Shown piece after piece: positions 25,802 to 33,234 of a DNA stretch of 37,436 nt. Location of the stretch: IMG/VR virus record IMGVR_UViG_3300020045_005078, positions 1 through 37,436 of that record; one strand, 5' to 3'. Source of the stretch: a virus. Lineage: Duplodnaviria; Caudoviricetes. Both the position numbers and the translations under genes were made by a program. The notes below the pieces were generated by a model that was not told the origin of the DNA, searched no databases, and saw only the letters and a program-made list of their open reading frames with translations. The stretch's first letter is position 1, and each line of letters begins with the position of its first letter.

Positions 25802-25815
25802 CCGCGCTGCCAGAG
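25508..25815. repeat. 18-bp direct repeat at the starts of two adjacent genes
   Basis: ATGACCGCGCTGCCAGAG at 25508-25525 and 25798-25815. Confidence 0.9.
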
Positions 25816-26013
25816 GGTTTTGTGCCGCATGATGGAGGGCCGTGTCCTGTTCCGCTGGATAGCGAGCCAGAGGTAATCATACGAGGTTTTGAGCGCTGGC
25901 ATTTGTGCCGAGGGGACGTAGCGGCGGATTACTCTTGGCATCACTGCCAGCACGCTCCGGCCGCCGACATCATCGCCTATCGCCCCACCCAACAGGAGCC
26001 GACCCATGACTGA
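25798..26013 (+). CDS. Conserved-type small phage protein
   Basis: HDGGPCPV..W.H..DIIAYR. Confidence 0.75.
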   Translation: MTALPEGFVPHDGGPCPVPLDSEPEVIIRGFERWHLCRGDVAADYSWHHCQHAPAADIIAYRPTQQEPTHD

Positions 26014-26131
26014 GAAGCTGATTTTCGTTTTACACTACATATCTTGCCACGTTTTTTGGAAGGATCACGGCGTTACTGAGGTCGGGAAACAATGGATCTG
26101 CAAAACTTGCGGGAAGGATGTTACGCCATGA
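26006..26131 (+). CDS. Small zinc-finger-like protein (41 aa)
   Basis: Hand translation MTEKLIF..CH..H..CKTCG; AGGAG SD. Confidence 0.6.
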   Translation: MTEKLIFVLHYISCHVFWKDHGVTEVGKQWICKTCGKDVTP

Positions 26132-26814
26132 CTGATATGCCGAGTGAGTTGAAGCCTTGCCCTAACCCTTGGTGCTGGCGGCCTGACAATTTGCGGGTTT
26201 CGGTTAACTGTAATCGTTGGCGTGTCTGGTGCCCATGCAATCTATGCGGCCCCGAAAAGCCGTCTCATGCCGAAGCCATCGCCGCATGGAACACCCGCAC
26301 AGCCCTCACCGACCACCAGAGCGCTGGGGAGCCGGTGGGCGAAGTGCGAACAGAACACCAGAAGTGGGTGATTATCGCCAAAGCCGCTGGGGCTAACGGC
26401 GTGCGGTATCGCACAAATCGCGGGATGATGGCGTTTCTCGGTGAGGTGAACGCCGCCACCCTGCAAAAGCTGGCCGAAGTGGAGGGGGAGAGAAAAGCAA
26501 CAGACGCCCTTTGCGAGGATATGGCCAACAAAGCAATCCAATGGGGACTTGAACGTGACGCCCTCACCGCCAAGCTGGCCGAGGGACGCGAGGCCCGTCT
26601 TATCAGTGAAACCTGTGCCGTGAAGACGCAAGAAATGCTCATGGAAATTTTGGACGCAGAAAAAGCCGAACTGGCCAAGCTGACGGATATGATGGTTAGG
26701 TATCTCAAACCGGAGACGTATGTTGATGTTAATGGCAAGGCATGGCCAACTAAGATCGCTGGCATAGCCTTTATTAACGATGTGATTTACACGTTAGACC
26801 CACCAAAGCCTTGA
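26128..26814 (+). CDS. Lar (restriction alleviation)-like zinc domain fused to coiled coil
   Basis: ELKPCPNPWC..CPCNLCGP..EAIAAWNTR. Confidence 0.7.
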   Translation: MTDMPSELKPCPNPWCWRPDNLRVSVNCNRWRVWCPCNLCGPEKPSHAEAIAAWNTRTALTDHQSAGEPVGEVRTEHQKWVIIAKAAGANGVRYRTNRGMMAFLGEVNAATLQKLAEVEGERKATDALCEDMANKAIQWGLERDALTAKLAEGREARLISETCAVKTQEMLMEILDAEKAELAKLTDMMVRYLKPETYVDVNGKAWPTKIAGIAFINDVIYTLDPPKP

Positions 26815-26833
26815 CCCTGCGCAGGGGTTGAGG
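26809..26833 (+). terminator. Hairpin at the end of the early array
   Basis: CCTTGACCC..GGGTTGAGG stem; no U tract. Confidence 0.4.
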
Positions 26834-26870
26834 TAGGCAAATCACCTCACACATTTGGAGTTAGAACCCA

Positions 26871-27179
26871 ATGATTAAGCAACCGGATAGCGTCCTTGCA
26901 CTTATTGCAAAGGCAGAAGCTGCTAAAAGCCCCCTTGAAGCAATGCAGTATTCGCAGGCTGCGCTTAACGCTGCCAATGCGTATCGGGGTGTTTTTGAAT
27001 ATCTTGCTGCATACAGTCCTCTCCATGACTTTTTGCGCGAGATACCTACAGAGGCTCTTAAGCAATGCCTCAGCCATATTAATCAGGCGGGGACTAATGT
27101 GGCAAAAACTATTGTAAATGAATTAAATTCACGTGGCCCTAGCGTGTCGGATAAAATATTTTCAGGCGCTGGAGGCTAA
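26871..27179 (+). CDS. Hypothetical protein, AT-richer
   Basis: GGAG SD; AMQYSQAALNAANA. Confidence 0.7.
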   Translation: MIKQPDSVLALIAKAEAAKSPLEAMQYSQAALNAANAYRGVFEYLAAYSPLHDFLREIPTEALKQCLSHINQAGTNVAKTIVNELNSRGPSVSDKIFSGAGG

Positions 27180-27182
27180 GCA

Positions 27183-27289
27183 TTGACCTTGCGCTGAGAT
27201 TGAGCTAATTTGCAGTTGCACTGAGGGGATCAGGTCTAGTCGGCTTGATTCTTTTCCGAAAGGGGATGGTTTACCGCCATCCCCTTTTT
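27183..27289 (+). ncRNA. Candidate sRNA of about 70 nt (span includes its promoter)
   Basis: TTGACC-N17-TAATTT, then a stem-loop and an intrinsic terminator; no ORF. Confidence 0.4.
27259..27289 (+). terminator. Rho-independent terminator, possibly bidirectional
   Basis: AAAGGGGATGG-N7-CCATCCCCTTTTT between convergent operons. Confidence 0.85.
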
Positions 27290-27804
27290 CATTTCCCCAA
27301 CACCAACGCCCATTCATGCGCAGCCTTCGCATAGGCGTAGTTTGCATCACAAATCTTTAGGTCGCTGACTTCCGCCAAGACGGTATCGGCGGGGGTGATT
27401 GCAGGAACTGCGGGACTTGGATCTTGGGCGGCGGTAGGGGCTTGACTGGTTGCACTTTGATGCTTGGGCCGCACCCTGCCAGCATCGATATAAGCAGCAA
27501 GGCTAGAGCGAGGGTCTGCAAGAATGGTTTTGTGGTTTTGATCGCCAGCATTGGCTTTCTCCTTTTGTGAGGCATCCCATTTGGCGCGGTCTGCGATGGC
27601 GAGGGCCTGCGCTTCCCGTTGCGCGGTCTGGTATGCGTGGATCGTGCTCGCCAGCTTATCGCGGTATCGGTCGCCACGCTGCCACGATAGCCAGCAAAGC
27701 CCCAGAGACGCCACCAGAGCGCAATGCAGGGGATATCGCCCCGCCAGTGAGCCTAGTCGCGACAGGAGGCTCCAGAGGCGTCCTAGGAGAGATAGGGGGA
27801 TCAT
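27289..27804 (-). CDS. Rz-like i-spanin
   Basis: N-terminal TM then helical periplasmic region; last gene of the lysis cassette. Confidence 0.75.
   Translation of the reverse strand: MIPLSLLGRLWSLLSRLGSLAGRYPLHCALVASLGLCWLSWQRGDRYRDKLASTIHAYQTAQREAQALAIADRAKWDASQKEKANAGDQNHKTILADPRSSLAAYIDAGRVRPKHQSATSQAPTAAQDPSPAVPAITPADTVLAEVSDLKICDANYAYAKAAHEWALVLGK
27357..27551 (-). CDS. Rz1-like o-spanin lipoprotein embedded in Rz (64 aa)
   Basis: AAGGAG SD; signal peptide with LAGC lipobox; Pro-rich mature part; alternative frame. Confidence 0.85.
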   Translation of the reverse strand: MLAIKTTKPFLQTLALALLLISMLAGCGPSIKVQPVKPLPPPKIQVPQFLQSPPPIPSWRKSAT

Positions 27805-27807
27805 AGA

Positions 27808-28125
27808 TCAGCCTCCATATATATCATCGGTGTGATCAGTTCCGCAGCCCATGCATCGGGTGTAAAGCCACCCGCGCCGCTTGTAGTTGACCATCGCAAT
27901 GCTGCCGCAAGTTTGGCACGTAAAAACTGCGTCCCCTTCCTCAGGGCCAAACAGATGCTTTATGTGGCCCTTGGGCAAAGTGCAGGACGGGCATTCTAAG
28001 CCACCCACGACACCGACAGGCCCGACACCCACCCATTCATGCCCGCAACCAATGCAAATGCAATCGCCTGCCCAATGAGGCTCGCGCTCTTCCTTGTAGG
28101 CGGCTAGGGAAATGACTTCGCTCAT
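27808..28125 (-). CDS. Double zinc-ribbon protein within the lysis cassette
   Basis: CIGC, CPSC, CQTC, CMGC. Confidence 0.75.
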   Translation of the reverse strand: MSEVISLAAYKEEREPHWAGDCICIGCGHEWVGVGPVGVVGGLECPSCTLPKGHIKHLFGPEEGDAVFTCQTCGSIAMVNYKRRGWLYTRCMGCGTDHTDDIYGG

Positions 28126-28331
28126 TCCTTGTCATCCTTAGGCTGCGCGCTGTCTGCCATGCGCTTCGATCCGCCAAGCCAGAAGCCCACCACGATTAGC
28201 AGCACGTTCTTGAGCGCTTCCTCTAGGCCTGTATTGTAATGCCAGATCAGCGCCCAGCCGAAATAGACCAAGATCGCCGCCGATAGCAAAACGCGGGTTG
28301 TGTCAGTCACGAATGCAGATCGCCAGTTCAT
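28122..28331 (-). CDS. Holin-like 2-TM protein
   Basis: Two hydrophobic segments, VVGFWLGGS, charged tail; follows the endolysin. Confidence 0.65.
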   Translation of the reverse strand: MNWRSAFVTDTTRVLLSAAILVYFGWALIWHYNTGLEEALKNVLLIVVGFWLGGSKRMADSAQPKDDKE

Positions 28332-28726
28332 GGGTAAGCCCCCCAAGGAAGCTGCCAATGCGGCCCGTCCTTAAACTGTTTCCAATCGCCGCCCCACTCA
28401 ATCGGCACACCCACATCAGCGGCGGCTTGCTTCACCACCTTGGCTAGCTTGTGATAAAGCGGCCAATCCCAAGACACTTGGCTCCCGATCATGGGGGCCA
28501 GATCAACAGCGCGGCTCTTGCCATCCTTGCCCGCCAAATGGCGCGACTTCATTGTTTTGCTGGCACCCTTAGCCACCAATTCCTTTTGGCGCTCTACAGT
28601 CCGCAAAACCTCTAGGACATAAAAGTCCAGATCCGAGATTGCCGCTGCCCGCATGATCACCTTAGCAAGGTCTGGATGCGCGCTTTCTAGGCGGTAAAGT
28701 GACTTGGCAGACAAGCTAATGCTCAT
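28328..28726 (-). CDS. Endolysin, M15 L-Ala-D-Glu peptidase type
   Basis: RTVERQ, SRHL..AVD, WGGDW..DGPHWQL. Confidence 0.93.
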   Translation of the reverse strand: MSISLSAKSLYRLESAHPDLAKVIMRAAAISDLDFYVLEVLRTVERQKELVAKGASKTMKSRHLAGKDGKSRAVDLAPMIGSQVSWDWPLYHKLAKVVKQAAADVGVPIEWGGDWKQFKDGPHWQLPWGAYP

Positions 28727-29031
28727 GGCTCTTTCCTTTTCAACAAGGACGCAAAGTCAAACCGCTCCACAGCGCGCAAAACTCCGCCCGATACAGCCAG
28801 CGCCAGCAAGGCAGCAATCGCGCCAGCCGCGCCCGCGTTGACGCCGATCAAGCTTTGCACCTCGCGCCAGAAAATCCCGCCAGCCGCAATTGACAGGCAC
28901 ACCGCCGCCGCATTGGTGATGACCTTGCCAGCGGGGCGCAGATAGAGCCTAAGCCCAGCGCCCACCGATGCACCCATCAGAGCCTGCGCTTGATCCACGC
29001 CAATGCCGATGATTTCATTCTGCCCAGCCAT
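28723..29031 (-). CDS. Holin-like membrane protein
   Basis: About 3 hydrophobic segments, basic C-terminus; directly upstream of the endolysin. Confidence 0.6.
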   Translation of the reverse strand: MAGQNEIIGIGVDQAQALMGASVGAGLRLYLRPAGKVITNAAAVCLSIAAGGIFWREVQSLIGVNAGAAGAIAALLALAVSGGVLRAVERFDFASLLKRKEP

Positions 29032-29034
29032 GTG

Positions 29035-29487
29035 CTACGATCCTGCCACAAGTCGCAGAGCGCCAGCAAAGCGAGGCCAGAGGCGGAAAACCCAACGATC
29101 AAACCAGCGGCCAAGGTCATCAGCAAACCCACCCCCAACGAGGACTTGGGCCGCAAACGCAATGTTGGCTGTCACTGCCATCGCATAGTTCCCCATAATG
29201 CCGGTTCCCATGCGGGCGGTGGTAAGCATAATTACGAAAAGCCCAATTAACCCAATAGCATAGGAACGGGGGTTAGGGCAAATGAAGCGCAAGGCATAAA
29301 TGGTGGCAAGGTCTGCCATGATGACGCTGGTGTCTTGATCTGGCTGCTCATCAACATAGATGGCAATAGTGGCCGTGGTGACGAAATTGACCGCCAAAAT
29401 GGATAGCGACACCCGATCACCGCCACGAAACCAAGACGCTGCCATAAGGCCTACCAATCCCGAAAACACGACCACAGTTTCCATCAC
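29035..29487 (-). CDS. Multi-TM membrane protein
   Basis: 4-5 hydrophobic segments. Confidence 0.7.
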   Translation of the reverse strand: MMETVVVFSGLVGLMAASWFRGGDRVSLSILAVNFVTTATIAIYVDEQPDQDTSVIMADLATIYALRFICPNPRSYAIGLIGLFVIMLTTARMGTGIMGNYAMAVTANIAFAAQVLVGGGFADDLGRWFDRWVFRLWPRFAGALRLVAGS

Positions 29488-29493
29488 GCGCCC

Positions 29494-29673
29494 TTACGAC
29501 TTGGGGCGAACGCTGGCGGTTACAAATTCATCATCCAGCCCAGCGGCGGGGCCGTGTTCGGTGATGACCTCGCAAAGGGCTTCGCAGATCTTGGCGTCAA
29601 CCTCGGCAAGCTTTTGAATGAGCGTGTGCTGGCGCTGGCGAAGGGCTAGGATCTTTTCAATCTTGGTTTTCAT
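29494..29673 (-). CDS. Small protein (59 aa)
   Basis: Hand translation MKTKIEKILALRQRQH..FVTASVRPKS; AAGGA SD. Confidence 0.7.
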   Translation of the reverse strand: MKTKIEKILALRQRQHTLIQKLAEVDAKICEALCEVITEHGPAAGLDDEFVTASVRPKS

Positions 29674-29676
29674 GGC

Positions 29677-29811
29677 TTAGTCCTTGTTGTTAAACTTCTC
29701 GAAATGAACGCCGGAATCATCGCGCCACACCAGCCATCAGCCCGGCTTGGCGATGCGCTGGGCGTGGCCTTGCTCGACCTCGCGGATTGCGGCGGAAAGA
29801 TCGGGGGCCAT
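29677..29811 (-). pseudogene. 44-codon frame interrupted by an in-frame TGA
   Basis: MAPDLSAAIREVEQGHAQRIAKPG*WLVWRDDSGVHFEKFNNKD; fills the gap and is coupled upstream. Confidence 0.35.
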
Positions 29812-30761
29812 CACGCAAACGATGCCGGATCGACAGTTAGTGTGTCCCCGTAAAACTTGCCGCCAACAGTAAAATCTACCGCAAGCTGGGCCACATCAGC
29901 GGCATATGCTGCCGCATATTCTTGCGCAGATGTTCCGCCCACGCCGAGGTATCGCTTGCAGGCGGGCAGATATTCCGCCTTGGCGCGATATAGAACAATC
30001 CCCATGCCCTTGTTGGTCGTGACGGGGCCGAGGCCGATGCGATGCCCTGTTCCTGCAAATCCATGATAACAAGCCCCGCCAGAACCCGGCTTTGCGCCTT
30101 GCCAACCGGTAGTCGCCAAATCGACAATACGGGGCGTGGTAATAGCAAGAGTTGATGGGTTATATCCTGCGGTGTTTGAAAAATTGCTCGCGCCAGCCGA
30201 GATGCCGGGGGATGGGACACCGCCCCAAAATGATTCCAGCATATTGCTGGAAGGGCTGCTAGTGCTTAGAAAATAACTAAGAGGGTCTAGCGGTCCACCA
30301 CTGGCCGACACAGCCGGCCGAATAACTGCCATATGCAGAGCAATGCGAATGCCCTGCTCACCCTTGGCGAATATAAAATCACGCAACGCCGCCGAAAAAT
30401 CAAGATATGCATAATTGTTGTTCGTGGTCTGATTGGCTTGACTTGGCAGGATAGCAAGACCGCCCTTCGTCGTCAGAGATAGGCTTAACGCCGAACCGCT
30501 ATCGCGCAGAAAATTGAACGTAAAGTCCATCAGCGATGGCTCAACCAGAGACAGGCCTTGCGCGGCATTGACGATAGCAAGGGCTTGGTTGCGAAGCGCA
30601 TTGGGCACAACGGCACCATTGGCAGGAACCGCCGCCATAGCACCGAGTGATGTGGTCGGATCAAACAGCGCGAAAGTGCCAGGACTTGCACCCCATACAT
30701 CAACATCCTTGTAAAAGTTTTGATCGGTGGCGACTTCGCTAGTTTGCAAACGAAAAGGCAT
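29811..30761 (-). CDS. Tail-associated / receptor-binding accessory protein
   Basis: 316 aa, G/S/A-rich, beta-like; directly after the tailspike; AGGAG SD before MPFRL. Confidence 0.6.
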   Translation of the reverse strand: MPFRLQTSEVATDQNFYKDVDVWGASPGTFALFDPTTSLGAMAAVPANGAVVPNALRNQALAIVNAAQGLSLVEPSLMDFTFNFLRDSGSALSLSLTTKGGLAILPSQANQTTNNNYAYLDFSAALRDFIFAKGEQGIRIALHMAVIRPAVSASGGPLDPLSYFLSTSSPSSNMLESFWGGVPSPGISAGASNFSNTAGYNPSTLAITTPRIVDLATTGWQGAKPGSGGACYHGFAGTGHRIGLGPVTTNKGMGIVLYRAKAEYLPACKRYLGVGGTSAQEYAAAYAADVAQLAVDFTVGGKFYGDTLTVDPASFA

Positions 30762-30765
30762 GGCT

Positions 30766-33225
30766 TTATCTCCTAGATTTAATAATGCGGGCAGCTTCAG
30801 CGCCCATGAGCGCAAACACAGCTACCGAGACATGGACGGCATCGGTTGAACCTGCTTGAGTGCGCAGAATGGCAGGGACGGTATCGGCGGCGGCATCGGT
30901 CACGTCCTGCGCACCAGAGGCGAGCGCACCGATGATTGTGGTGCTTGAGACGTTACTCCCGCTGCTTACCGTGTATGTTCCTATTCCACCCGTTCCGGTG
31001 CCAAGGGCCGTGATTGTGCGCCCTGTGCTAGAGCCGCCAATCCAAAGCGTTTGCCCTACTTGAAAAAGGCCAGAACCCGCCACGACACTGCTTTTTGCAG
31101 GGGCTGTAACCGTCATCACATTTCCGGTGATTGATGCGGTGTAGGTCGCAAGATTTCCGGTAATGGCCTGATAATTGTCGATCAGCCAGCGGCGTAGGTT
31201 GATGAACCTATAGCCGAGGCGGCGCTCCATGGCCTTTTCGATAGCTATAAACGTGGCATAGGTGCCGTTTGACTGACCGTTGCCGTCATTGGTGCCATTG
31301 CAAACCGATATGAACCAAGCGCGCTTAAAGGTGGTCGAGAGATTGGAGATCAAAGCCGTCTGATCGTCTACGATCTTCTGAACTTGGCCAATGTTGTTGC
31401 GGCCCATTGATACGATGACTTCATCCGCAACGTGGGCCACGGCGTCTGTAAAGACAAGTGCCGTGCCTGCGCTAACCGCCACCGGGCTAGGCGGGGCGAC
31501 AGTAGGCGTGAACGAATACCCCGCTGTTTGCCCACGCGAACCGCCAGACACCCCCGCAATGATGGTAGGACTACCCGACGATGCAACAGCGCTTAGGACT
31601 CCAACCACGCCTGCAATGGTGACATTGAGGCCGGAAAAAACTCCAGCGTTCGAGCAAACATCAAAATCAATCGCGGTCACTACGACAGGTGACGTTGAGG
31701 CAGGGATGCTATTGCCCACCAGCGTGATGCCACATGGCATTGCCCCTTGCCGTGCGGCAATTTCTGTCGAAGTCTGACCGCCGCGCCCAAAATTTATTGC
31801 AGTCTGCCCAAGCTCGTATGCCACGGCATCCGTCAGGGCTGAACTCATGTAGCTATCACCCCAGCCGCTAATCGTGTCGGTCGGGTATAGGACGCCTTTC
31901 AGCGTTGCAGGGTCAAAGGTGCCTGCGCCAGTGCTGCGCGGATCAAGACGGGTAAGAAGGTAGCCTGCCTTTGTGATGCCCCAAAGTATGGTGCCATTGG
32001 CGTCCACCAATCTTTCACCGATAAAGCCGCTATCGGGTGACGATTGGACATAACTGTATCCGTCAGGAAGCGCACCACCTTGAAGCGCTCCACGCGCAAT
32101 CTGTGAACCCGCTGCAACTTTCATCAGCGCCGCGCCAGTTTTATCCCACGCCTTAAGGATGCGAGATGCACCGTCAGTTTCCAGCATTCCAATGAAACCG
32201 CTATCAGCAGAGGCGGCTGTGAATGTTTTCGTTGAAACTTTAGTTTGCTGTGCCACGCCAAACGGAGCAGTCGCCAGCGCCCCAGCATTGTTGCCCCAAG
32301 CGCCAACGCTAAGCCCGTCCGCCGTGGGGGCGCTAAAAACATCGTTCACGCCAATGGTGCCAGTGGTGGCCGTGGGAGCCGTTGCGCCGGTTAGGCCGGT
32401 GATCGTGGGGAGCGTATAGGTCGGGGCCGTGGCGCTGGTCGAGATACCGCGATTGCCGATACGAACGCCGGTTTGAGTGCCCCCCGCAATCGTCACAAAT
32501 GCCGTATGCCCAATCGGCCCGCCCGCGACAGTGAGAGCAAATTCGCCCGAGACGGCTGCGCCCGTGCCAGCAGTGCCGAGGGTGATGGTCTTGACCTCGT
32601 AGGGCAGGGCGCTTGGTGTGGTAGGGAGAACGCGCTGGAAGGCAGCGGCAATGGCGGCAGCGCTGGCGCTACTCGCCGCAGCCGATGCACTGGCGGCGCT
32701 TGCCGCCGTAGCTTCAGTCACGGCCTCTTCTACAATCAAAGGGTTTTGCGCCATTTGATAGTCGGCAAAACCCTGCACAGTCGTGAAGTTCACCCCAGAT
32801 GCGCTGTCATCTACGCCGATCAGGGACGCTCCGCCATCCGATTGGATGTCGTCAATAAACCCCTGCACAGTCGTGAAGTTCGCACCCGATACGCCATCAT
32901 TTACAGAAACGCTTGATGCGTCCACCAGATTGGTGCCATTCAAATCACGGAGCAATACCGCACCTCGGCTGTCTTCCACGATGATAGAATATACGCCAGC
33001 AGCCGGATAGAAGTTAGACGCCGCGCCTTGATATGCCGGATAGCCTGAAACAGTCCGCAAAGGCTGCGCCCATGCAATCGTATTGGCAGCGTCCTGATAG
33101 ACTGCAATCGGGTTTGTGCGTGGGTCAAGACCAGCCGTGCCGATGTAGATCTTGCCGCCATCAAGCGCAGTGCCGCTGGCATCGGTGAAGTAGGGAAACG
33201 GAGCGGGGGCGGGGAGGGTGGTCAT
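30766..33225 (-). CDS. Tailspike with P22-like head-binding domain and SGNH esterase domain
   Basis: PYFTD..GKIYIGTAGLDP..NPIAVY; SGNH blocks WGDSY, GRGGQTS, MGRNN, DAVH. Confidence 0.85.
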   Translation of the reverse strand: MTTLPAPAPFPYFTDASGTALDGGKIYIGTAGLDPRTNPIAVYQDAANTIAWAQPLRTVSGYPAYQGAASNFYPAAGVYSIIVEDSRGAVLLRDLNGTNLVDASSVSVNDGVSGANFTTVQGFIDDIQSDGGASLIGVDDSASGVNFTTVQGFADYQMAQNPLIVEEAVTEATAASAASASAAASSASAAAIAAAFQRVLPTTPSALPYEVKTITLGTAGTGAAVSGEFALTVAGGPIGHTAFVTIAGGTQTGVRIGNRGISTSATAPTYTLPTITGLTGATAPTATTGTIGVNDVFSAPTADGLSVGAWGNNAGALATAPFGVAQQTKVSTKTFTAASADSGFIGMLETDGASRILKAWDKTGAALMKVAAGSQIARGALQGGALPDGYSYVQSSPDSGFIGERLVDANGTILWGITKAGYLLTRLDPRSTGAGTFDPATLKGVLYPTDTISGWGDSYMSSALTDAVAYELGQTAINFGRGGQTSTEIAARQGAMPCGITLVGNSIPASTSPVVVTAIDFDVCSNAGVFSGLNVTIAGVVGVLSAVASSGSPTIIAGVSGGSRGQTAGYSFTPTVAPPSPVAVSAGTALVFTDAVAHVADEVIVSMGRNNIGQVQKIVDDQTALISNLSTTFKRAWFISVCNGTNDGNGQSNGTYATFIAIEKAMERRLGYRFINLRRWLIDNYQAITGNLATYTASITGNVMTVTAPAKSSVVAGSGLFQVGQTLWIGGSSTGRTITALGTGTGGIGTYTVSSGSNVSSTTIIGALASGAQDVTDAAADTVPAILRTQAGSTDAVHVSVAVFALMGAEAARIIKSRR
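32771..32881. repeat. 90-bp-period duplication in the tailspike neck
   Basis: CCCTGCACAGTCGTGAAGTTC at 32771 and 32861 (NFTTVQG twice). Confidence 0.85.
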
Positions 33226-33234
33226 GTCGTTTCC

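Noticed and set aside
27220-27262. Hammerhead ribozyme (CTGA..CGAAA)
   Set aside because: The core reads CTGAGGG rather than CTGANGA, and stems I and III are not evident.
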